The position numbers and the translations under genes were made by a program. Of a stretch of DNA of 64,000 nucleotides, positions 34,997 through 42,712 are shown piece by piece. Origin of the DNA: an uncultured Candidatus Saccharibacteria bacterium (GTDB lineage: Bacteria > Patescibacteriota > CAZHWT01); NCBI GenBank assembly GCA_964554805.1, contig CAZKPX010000003.1:12366-76365 (forward strand), read 5' to 3'. Numbering within the stretch: the first letter of the stretch is position 1; each line of letters opens with the position of its first letter. Under the pieces are notes generated by a model. It saw only the letters and a program-made list of their open reading frames with translations. It searched no databases and had not been told where the DNA came from.

Positions 34997-36772
34997 ATGA
35001 CATTATATCGGAAATATAGACCTCAAACACTGGCTGAGGTGACTGGCCAGGATCATATTGTTAATGTGCTGCAGGCGGCGGTCGCTCAGGATCGAGTTGC
35101 GCATGCCTATTTATTTGCTGGACCAAGGGGTACCGGTAAGACTTCGGTGGCGAGAATCCTGGCTAAGGCAGTGAACTGCCTTAGCCAGGAGCGACAAGCG
35201 ACAAGCGACGAGCGACAAGTGGGTGCAGAAGATGCTTTGGGCTCGTCGCCTAAGCTTCAAATTCCCTGTAATGTTTGTGATAATTGTGTGGCGATTGATA
35301 AGGGGTCGTTTTTGGATGTCTTGGAAGTTGATGCAGCTTCGAATGGTCGAGTAGAGGAAGCTCGGCAGTTGATAGAGCAAGTGGCTACAGCTCCGGCCAT
35401 GGGTGGGTATAAGGTGTATATTTTGGATGAAGTGCATATGCTGAGCAATGCGGCTTTTAATGCATTGTTGAAAACTCTGGAAGAGCCGCCAGCTAAGGTG
35501 GTGTTTGTGTTGTGCACGACTGAATCTCATAAGGTGCCGGTGACGATAGTGTCTCGATGTCAGAGATTGGTTTTTAATCGGGCTAGTGTGGAGCAGGTGC
35601 GGCATCAGTTGCAGAAGGTGGCTGAAGCTGAGGAGATACAGATTGATGAGGGCGCTATATCGTTGGTGGCTGAATTGGCTGATGGGGGCTATCGAGATGC
35701 CTTGATGCTGTTAGAGCAATTAGCCACTTCAGAGATTGGTGCCAAAAAGGGTGGCTTGAATCGTCAAATGGTCATTGATCAGCTTGGTTTGGCTCGCGAG
35801 GATGTGGTGGAGGCTATTTGTCAGGCTATGGTTGCTCATAAAGTTGATGAAGTGATTGAGTTAACCGAGTCGCTTTTAAGTCAAGGGGGATCGGCCCAGG
35901 CTTTGAATCAAGCCTTGATTGAGTGGTGGCGACGACGGTTAATGGTGGCTACTAATAGTGGATTGGCTGTGAAGCTGTTTGGTGAGGTTGCAGTGGAGGC
36001 GATGAAGTCGTCGGCAATGGCTGTGAGTGCTAGACAGGCGACTGAAGTTTTGCAGCATCTGTTGGCTTTGCAACAGGTGGTGGCTGGGAAGGATGGCTTG
36101 GCGTTGCAGGTGGCGCTGGTCGACTTAGCGGCTACGTCGGGCGACGGGCGACGGGCGACGAGCGACGAGGAGGGGGAGGCTGTGAAGTCGGAGCCAGTCT
36201 CTGTGGTGGTTGCGCCTCCTACCACCTCCAGTCCACAGCCTTCTGTTGCTAGTGAGCCGTTGTCGCAGCCGCCGGCGGATGTGGTCGGGGAAGCTTTTAG
36301 TGACGAGCGACGAGCGACCAGCGACAAGAGGGATGAAGGCTTGTCGCCGGTCGCCAGTCGCTCGTCGCTCGACAGCCAGGCTGTGGCAGTTCCGGTTAAT
36401 GCGCCGGCTGAGTTGCTGGAGGCTTGGGGTAAGATTTTGGTGGAGTTGAATCAGCAAAGTCGGTCTTTGGCGGCTATCCTGCGTGACTGTACGCCGTTGT
36501 CCTATGATGGTACAATACTGCTGTTGCAATTCTGGTACGAATTCCACAAAAAGCAGATTGAATTGGATAAGAATCGCAAGTTGTTGGAAAAGGTATCGAG
36601 CCAGGTTTTAGGGCAGTCGGTCAAAGTTCGTGGACAGTTGGGTGATCTGACTAAACGACCTCGACGGCGAGCCATGTCTGAAGAAGATATTCATAATGTG
36701 GAACCGGTTGAAGCGGATGCTTCGGAATTGCTGGATGCAGCGAGTAAGATATTTGGTGGGGAGATTTCGTAA
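34997..36772 (+). CDS. dnaX: DNA polymerase III subunit tau/gamma
   Basis: MTLYRKYRPQT...YLFAGPRGTGKTS; three GCGACRR arrays inside the reading frame (35190-35218, 36140-36168, 36301-36328). Confidence 0.85.
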   Translation: MTLYRKYRPQTLAEVTGQDHIVNVLQAAVAQDRVAHAYLFAGPRGTGKTSVARILAKAVNCLSQERQATSDERQVGAEDALGSSPKLQIPCNVCDNCVAIDKGSFLDVLEVDAASNGRVEEARQLIEQVATAPAMGGYKVYILDEVHMLSNAAFNALLKTLEEPPAKVVFVLCTTESHKVPVTIVSRCQRLVFNRASVEQVRHQLQKVAEAEEIQIDEGAISLVAELADGGYRDALMLLEQLATSEIGAKKGGLNRQMVIDQLGLAREDVVEAICQAMVAHKVDEVIELTESLLSQGGSAQALNQALIEWWRRRLMVATNSGLAVKLFGEVAVEAMKSSAMAVSARQATEVLQHLLALQQVVAGKDGLALQVALVDLAATSGDGRRATSDEEGEAVKSEPVSVVVAPPTTSSPQPSVASEPLSQPPADVVGEAFSDERRATSDKRDEGLSPVASRSSLDSQAVAVPVNAPAELLEAWGKILVELNQQSRSLAAILRDCTPLSYDGTILLLQFWYEFHKKQIELDKNRKLLEKVSSQVLGQSVKVRGQLGDLTKRPRRRAMSEEDIHNVEPVEADASELLDAASKIFGGEIS

Positions 36773-36793
36773 TTTATATAAGGAGTTTTTTAT

Positions 36794-37108
36794 ATGGGTT
36801 TGGTTGATAAAGCTAAGCAAGTTGGTCAGATGAATGAGATGCGCAAGCAGGCTCAGCAGATTCAAAAGGTATTGGAAGCTGAAGTGCTTGAGCACACCTA
36901 TGCTGGTGGTTCAGTGAAGATTATTGTTCGTGGCGACCAGAAGATTCAGGATATCAAGATGTCTCCTGAATGGATGGCTAGCCAGTCACAGGACAAGCTG
37001 GAAGCTGCCATTAAGGATGCAGTGAATCAGGCGATGTTTGAGGCTCAGAAGATGGCCATGAAGAAGATTCAGGCTATGGGCGGCGGTCTTGGATTACCGG
37101 GTATGTAA
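36794..37108 (+). CDS. ybaB: nucleoid-associated protein YbaB/EbfC
   Basis: 104 aa; ...EVLEHTYAGGSVKIIVRGDQKIQDIKMSPE...; the dnaX-ybaB-recR synteny. Confidence 0.8.
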   Translation: MGLVDKAKQVGQMNEMRKQAQQIQKVLEAEVLEHTYAGGSVKIIVRGDQKIQDIKMSPEWMASQSQDKLEAAIKDAVNQAMFEAQKMAMKKIQAMGGGLGLPGM

Positions 37109-37133
37109 TTGCGACATCGTCGCAATTACATAC
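37101..37133. repeat. perfect palindrome GTATGTAATTGCGAC-ATC-GTCGCAATTACATAC spanning the ybaB stop codon
   Basis: 15-bp arms that are exact reverse complements. Confidence 0.8.
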
Positions 37134-37218
37134 CAGTGAGAAGTGAGAAGGAGAAGAGAAAAGTTTAGATTTGTTATGTCTTTTAATCCGTCCTCACTTC
37201 TCCTTCTGACTATTCACT

Positions 37219-37815
37219 ATGTCTCTTGCCAAACCGATTGCTGATTTAATACATGAGCTGGAGAAATTGCCGGCTGTGGGACCGAAAAGTGCCCAAAGAT
37301 TGACGTACCATTTGCTGCGGGCGCCTCGGGATGAGGCTGAGCGGCTGGCTCGGGCTATTCTTGATGTGAAGGATAAAACTGTGGTCTGCCAGGTGTGTTT
37401 TAATATTTCTGATAGCTCGCCATGTGAGATTTGTACCAGTGAGAAACGGGATAAGACTAAGGTGTTTGTGGTGGAAGAGCCGTTGGATGTGGTCGCTTTG
37501 GAGAGGACTGAGGTTATTGATGGTGTCTACCACGTGTTGGGAGCAGCTTTGTCGCCTTTGAATAATATTGGGCCGAATGATTTGCGAATTAAAGAGTTGG
37601 AAGATCGGGTCAAGGAGCAGGGGATTACTGAAGTGATTGTGGCTACCAATCCGACCATGGAGGGTGAGGCAACTTCTCTTTATTTGGCTAAACTGTTGAA
37701 GCCGCATGGGGTAAAAATGACACGAATTGCCCGCGGGTTGCCGGTTGGCGGAGATTTGGAATATGCGGATCAGGTGACACTGGCCAGAGCGCTGCAGGGT
37801 AGGAGTGAGATTTAA
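37219..37815 (+). CDS. recR: recombination protein RecR
   Basis: zinc finger CQVCFNISDSSPCEIC and a Toprim domain. Confidence 0.9.
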   Translation: MSLAKPIADLIHELEKLPAVGPKSAQRLTYHLLRAPRDEAERLARAILDVKDKTVVCQVCFNISDSSPCEICTSEKRDKTKVFVVEEPLDVVALERTEVIDGVYHVLGAALSPLNNIGPNDLRIKELEDRVKEQGITEVIVATNPTMEGEATSLYLAKLLKPHGVKMTRIARGLPVGGDLEYADQVTLARALQGRSEI

Positions 37816-37905
37816 TTTTCGACCTTGGTCGTAATTATAGAGAAGGCTAGAGATTCGATGATAGTTCGAAGCTCTAGCCTGTGTTGTGATGAACAAAGGT
37901 AAGGA

Positions 37906-38253
37906 TTAGCTTACTTGTTCAAGTGCTGCAGAGATACTTTCTAGTTTTCCCCAAAGCAGATTGATCGATAAGGGGATATCGTTGTTGTTGCCGTGAGGCC
38001 GAACGATGAACTTTCGATAGGTGTTTTGTCTCCGAATGGTGACGCGGTAGGCTGGGCCACCGTTGGGTCGACCAAATTCCTGGCCATCCTGTCTGTTGAA
38101 GATGTTGGCCATGGAAATCAATTCGCCGATATCGGTCTGCAGTTCGACGGACAGGGCTTTCGACACAAGGCTGAAATACTCTGCATAATTGACCCCATTT
38201 CCTACTTCTTTATCGACGGTAATGGCCGACCATTGTGTGGCTGGCAGTCTCAT
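37906..38253 (-). CDS. hypothetical basic protein (115 aa)
   Basis: ORF; second gene of a two-gene minus-strand pair between recR and cysS. Confidence 0.4.
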   Translation of the reverse strand: MRLPATQWSAITVDKEVGNGVNYAEYFSLVSKALSVELQTDIGELISMANIFNRQDGQEFGRPNGGPAYRVTIRRQNTYRKFIVRPHGNNNDIPLSINLLWGKLESISAALEQVS

Positions 38254-38265
38254 GCATGTCTCCTT

Positions 38266-38652
38266 CTAGGGCTGGAATAGCAGCATTTCCGGCAATCCGT
38301 TGATGAGAAGAGGCCCTGAACACGTTTTGGTTAGGTAGTCCCTTCCTAGTTGAATCTCAAAGTCGTCGTCTGTGGTGGTGGCTAAGCACTGTGGATTTAA
38401 GATGGGTAAGACAAAACTTTCGTAATGGACTTCGATGTAGATAGGATAGCTGGCTCCGATCCAAAATTCGTTATCGCAAGGCTCGAAGTATCGAAGACAT
38501 ACATCAAGATTGTGTCTTTTCGCAACCCATCCCGCTAAACTAAAAACGAACCGCGACTGGGTTGCTATTCCATAGCTAAATAGATCTACCTGAATATTGA
38601 GATCATTTAGCTCAAGCAACTCTTCTGGCGACAAAAGTAGATGTCCAAGCAT
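38266..38652 (-). CDS. hypothetical acidic protein (128 aa)
   Basis: ORF; first gene of the pair. Confidence 0.4.
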   Translation of the reverse strand: MLGHLLLSPEELLELNDLNIQVDLFSYGIATQSRFVFSLAGWVAKRHNLDVCLRYFEPCDNEFWIGASYPIYIEVHYESFVLPILNPQCLATTTDDDFEIQLGRDYLTKTCSGPLLINGLPEMLLFQP

Positions 38653-38753
38653 GGTCTCGCTCCCATCAACTTGACTCTCAATCTTCGATAAGTGGAGTAT
38701 AACATAACTATTTTAGCCTTGACTTCAGATAGGACTGGCTATACCCTTAAGTA

Positions 38754-40193
38754 ATGGAAAAACTACATTTATACAATACAAAAACTCGGTCAGTGGAAGA
38801 ATTTAAGCCTCTTAAGGATAATGAGGTTGGGTTGTATACGTGTGGGCCGACTGTGTATCACTATGCTCATATTGGTAATCTGCGGACTTATGTTTTTGAA
38901 GATATCTTGAAGCGAGTGCTGGTTTGGGATGGTTTTAAGGTCAAGCATGTCATGAATGTAACTGATGTGGGGCATTTGACTTCTGATGCTGATGAGGGCG
39001 AGGATAAAATGGAGAAGGGGGCTAAGCGGGCCGGTAAGACGGTTTGGGAAGTGGCGGCCTTTTATCAAGAGCAGTTTTTTAAAGATTTGGCGGCTTTGAA
39101 TATTATTGAACCTGACATTGTGGCTCGGGCGACGGATGAGATAGAAGCTCAGCAGGAATTGATTCAGCAGTTGTTTAACAGGCATGCGGCATATGTGACA
39201 GACAGAGCAATTTATTTTGATGTGACAGCATTTCCAGACTACTGGAAGTTTTCGGGGCAGAAGCTGGATGATAAGGAGATTGGGGCTCGGGATGAGGTGA
39301 ATGTTGATAAGGACAAGCGGCATCCGGCGGATTTTGCTTTATGGTTGTTTACGGTGGATGAGCATGCGGATCATGTGATGCGCTGGCCGAGTCCTTGGGG
39401 TGGGGGTTTTCCGGGTTGGCATATTGAGTGTTCGGCTATTTCGATGAAATATCTGGGAGAAGAGTTTGATATTCATACTGGTGGAGTGGATCATATTGGG
39501 ACGCACCATCCAAATGAGATTGCTCAGTCTGAGGCGGCTACAGGTAAGGGATTTGCTCGATATTGGGTACATGGCGGACATCTGCATATCGCTGGAGGGA
39601 AAATGGCTAAGTCGGCAGATAATTTTTACCGGCTACAGACTGTTATTGACGATGGATTTAGCCCCATTGATTATCGTTATTTTTGTTTGACTGCTCATTA
39701 TCGATCAGCGCTTGATTTTGAACCGGATAAACTGGAAGTGGCGGCGACAACTTTGCGGAACTTGAAGCGAGTGGTGGGAAGCTTGCCGCCGAAGACTGCA
39801 ACCGGCGCTCTTCAAGGCACTGAAGAGGAGGCAAGGAGAATGGAGCAGGAGTTTGATTTGTGGGAACAACTTCGTAATCGGTTCCGTGAGGCTATAAACA
39901 ATGATTTGGACATACCGCGAGCTGTATCGGTGATGTGGGAAATGCTTGGGTCTGATTTGAATGGTATGGACAAGCGATCGCTGATGAATGACTTTGATGA
40001 AGTGTTGGGATTGGGGTTGAAGGGGTATATGCAGCCTGAGTTGACTGAACAGGAGCAGGCTTTGATAGAAGAGCGGCGGGCGGCTCGGGAGGCTAAGGAT
40101 TGGGCTGAGGCTGATCGATTGCGGGATGAGTTGGCTAAGACAGGGGTAGAAGTTAAAGACGGGGCGCAGGGGACTGAATGGACGAAGGTGTAA
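38754..40193 (+). CDS. cysS: cysteinyl-tRNA synthetase
   Basis: HIGNLRTY (HIGH) and KMAKS (KMSKS) motifs. Confidence 0.9.
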   Translation: MEKLHLYNTKTRSVEEFKPLKDNEVGLYTCGPTVYHYAHIGNLRTYVFEDILKRVLVWDGFKVKHVMNVTDVGHLTSDADEGEDKMEKGAKRAGKTVWEVAAFYQEQFFKDLAALNIIEPDIVARATDEIEAQQELIQQLFNRHAAYVTDRAIYFDVTAFPDYWKFSGQKLDDKEIGARDEVNVDKDKRHPADFALWLFTVDEHADHVMRWPSPWGGGFPGWHIECSAISMKYLGEEFDIHTGGVDHIGTHHPNEIAQSEAATGKGFARYWVHGGHLHIAGGKMAKSADNFYRLQTVIDDGFSPIDYRYFCLTAHYRSALDFEPDKLEVAATTLRNLKRVVGSLPPKTATGALQGTEEEARRMEQEFDLWEQLRNRFREAINNDLDIPRAVSVMWEMLGSDLNGMDKRSLMNDFDEVLGLGLKGYMQPELTEQEQALIEERRAAREAKDWAEADRLRDELAKTGVEVKDGAQGTEWTKV

Positions 40194-40349
40194 AATATTT
40201 ACTAAATTCCTGCAGGAGAAATAAGGGCTTCGACTGTAAGCAATGAGTGACAGACGAGACAGGAGTTAGGAGTCAGGAGGCAGCCTTGTTGACATTATCG
40301 ATATTCATTATTCGATATCCTAACTACAAGACCGAAGGGAGAGAAAGAT

Positions 40350-41264
40350 ATGAAATTAGGAGCGACGTATAGTCATCGAGAGATACGGAATATGGGGTTG
40401 AGTCATGAAAAGGCTTGGCCGGAGGCGCTGGATATTGGATTCGCAGTGCTGAGGCTGGCTGCTTATTGGGATGAAATTGAGCCTAGTGAAGGGGAATTTA
40501 ATATTGATCCGCTGCTGGCTATGTTGGAAGATTGTAATCGTCGAAATCAGAAGGTGGTGATGGTGGTGGGGATGAAGGCGCCGCGGTGGCCGGAGTATTA
40601 TGTGCCGAAATGGTTGAGTATTGATAGTCCTGAGAAGGCTGAAAAGCAAGTTTTGAACTTGATTGGACGGGTGGTTGAGGCGCTGAAGGGTTTTGAGTGT
40701 ATTGTGGCTTGGCAGGTGGAGAATGAGCCGTTGGATGGGAGTGGGCCGAATTCGTGGCAGATTCCGGCAAGACTGTTGGCTAAAGAGGTGACATTGGTGC
40801 GCAAGCTAGACCCTGAACGACAGATCCAATTGACGGTGTGGGGCAATAGTTTGTCGCGGAATGGGTATATGCCTGATTTGGCACTGATGGCTGATGTCGT
40901 GGGATTGGATATTTATTACCAGACACCTGTGGGAGTTAATAAGTGGTTGAAGAAAATAGGCTGGATGAAGCCGAGCTATGCTGGACCATTTGATAGTCAA
41001 AGACATCTTCGCCATATGATTGCTTTGAGCACTAAGCCGGTTTGGATTAGTGAGCTGCAGGTTGAAGCCTGGGAGGAGCATGATGCGGGGAAATGGCAGG
41101 AGCGGCCGGGTAGTATGAGTGGACAGATTTTGCAGAAAAATGTGGAGCAAGCACGAGAGTTGGGGGTGGAGATGATTTTGTTGTGGGGGATTGAGTATTG
41201 GTATTGGCAGAAGGAGCGAGGTAGAATGGAGTTGTGGGAAACTGGTCGAGGTCTTGTGAAGTAG
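40350..41264 (+). CDS. glycoside hydrolase, TIM-barrel type (GH5-like, NEP motif)
   Basis: WQVENEP acid/base motif; length 304 aa. Confidence 0.5.
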   Translation: MKLGATYSHREIRNMGLSHEKAWPEALDIGFAVLRLAAYWDEIEPSEGEFNIDPLLAMLEDCNRRNQKVVMVVGMKAPRWPEYYVPKWLSIDSPEKAEKQVLNLIGRVVEALKGFECIVAWQVENEPLDGSGPNSWQIPARLLAKEVTLVRKLDPERQIQLTVWGNSLSRNGYMPDLALMADVVGLDIYYQTPVGVNKWLKKIGWMKPSYAGPFDSQRHLRHMIALSTKPVWISELQVEAWEEHDAGKWQERPGSMSGQILQKNVEQARELGVEMILLWGIEYWYWQKERGRMELWETGRGLVK

Positions 41265-41271
41265 TGTGAGG

Positions 41272-41345
41272 CCTCGGGGCGTCTGTGCTCACGCACTTCC
41301 GCCGGTGGGCGGACTGGCGCCTTAAAATGCGGGGTGGGCTGCGCG
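41272..41345. repeat. second copy of the 70-nt dispersed repeat (see 14124)
   Basis: CTCGGGGCGTCTGTGCTCACGCACTTCCGCCGGTGGGCGGACTGGCGCCTTAAAATGCGGGGTGGG. Confidence 0.7.
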
Positions 41346-41412
41346 CTGACTTCTCTGCGACATCGAAGATTGAGGTTAGGTGCATATTTTTAGAATAGAG
41401 AAAGGAATTTGT

Positions 41413-41913
41413 ATGAAGTTAGGACTTATTGCTGATATTCATGATAATTTGACCAATTTGGATGGGGCTTTGGCTATATTTGAGGGGATGAAGGTTAGAG
41501 AGGTGTTGGTGTTGGGGGATATGTGTTCGCCGCCTACAGTTCAAAGATTGGTTGATAGCGGGCTGACTTTTTGGTGTATTTACGGCAACAATGATGGCGA
41601 CCGAGTTCGGATGATGAAGGTGGCGGCTGGCAGTAAGGGGAGGGTGACTTTGGCTGAGGATGAGTTTGCTGAGTATGAATTTGGTGGCCAACCGGTGTTT
41701 GCCACGCATTATCCTCAGATTGCAGCTTTGGCTGCGGAGACTGCTCAGTATCGGGCAGTCTTTTATGGACATGACCATATCCAGCACTGGGAAAGCCTGT
41801 CTAATGGGACAGTTTTGGCTAATCCGGGGGAGATTTGGGGTTATAAAACGGGGGTGGCGAGCTGGGGGGTATGGGATAGTGAAACTAATGAGGTGGAGAT
41901 ATTTGAGTTGTAA
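41413..41913 (+). CDS. metallophosphoesterase (YfcE/MJ0936-like phosphodiesterase)
   Basis: MKLGLIADIHDN, LGDMCSP, GNND and GHDH motifs. Confidence 0.75.
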   Translation: MKLGLIADIHDNLTNLDGALAIFEGMKVREVLVLGDMCSPPTVQRLVDSGLTFWCIYGNNDGDRVRMMKVAAGSKGRVTLAEDEFAEYEFGGQPVFATHYPQIAALAAETAQYRAVFYGHDHIQHWESLSNGTVLANPGEIWGYKTGVASWGVWDSETNEVEIFEL

Positions 41914-42133
41914 GCGAGCCTTGGTCTTTGATGGGTAATAGGTAGCTAGCGGCCGCGGGCACATTAAACTAAAACGGAACAGACCTTGTTAAAATAGTGC
42001 GTGGAAACACAACTATTAATGAAGGAACCTGTTCCATGAGGAGTATGGCTGGTGTGGATATTGCAGAATAAAGGTTCGCCCTAAAGCTCACTGCTGGCTG
42101 CGAGGCTCAAAACTAAGCTACCATGACCTCTTT

Positions 42134-42670
42134 GTGCGACTCTCTTGCTGGCAAAGACGCTTAAGTCCTGGAGTCACTAAGACTACCACTAACCTAAGCT
42201 ACACCGCCACTGCTCGGCGGTACACTCGCTTTAGAGAACGCCTCCCCCCAGAGAGTGTAGACAGACTGGATGGCATTGTGGAAGTAGATGATTCATGGTT
42301 TGGCAGACAAAGACATGGCTCGCAGAGAATTGTGGTAGGAGCTATTGAGCGAGGTACAAAGAGACTCAGACTGCAAATTATTCCAGACACCGCTCAAGAT
42401 TCACGAGAGGAGTTTATCTGTGCGGTGGTTACTCCTCAAAGCCTGCTGGTCACTGACACTCGCATGGGCTACTCAGGTATTGAGTACTGGGGTTATGGTC
42501 GGCCATGAGGCGACACTTGAGAGGGCTCTCCAATCATGTCGGTATTAGACACCTGCAAACTTTCTTAAATGAATGGATGGCCAGACATAACCAGCCGCAG
42601 GTATTTAAAAGCCCACAGGACTATTTTGCAGGTATCTTGTTCCGCTTTAGTTGACAGTGCTGCGGAGTGG
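42134..42670 (+). pseudogene. IS1595-family (ISXO2-like) transposase remnant, frameshifted and N-terminally truncated
   Basis: IVEVDDSWFGRQRHGSQRIVVGAIERGTKRLRLQIIPD...LLVTDTRMGYSGIEYWGYG (DDE core), then in other frames HLQTFLNEWMARHNQ; no intact ORF. Confidence 0.5.
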
Positions 42671-42712
42671 TGTCTTGACGCTTGGTTGGTGAAAAAGTTA
42701 CTATGAAGGCGT

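Noticed and set aside
35908-36327. Minus-strand ORFs containing SLVARR peptides (for example 35908..36327, 6920..7342 N-terminal part, 9872..10777 N-terminus MPHLVARRSSL)
   Set aside because: These peptides are the reverse-complement reading of GCGACRR heptamer arrays, and the ORFs lie antisense to strongly supported genes (dnaX). They are frame artefacts of the repeat, not genes.
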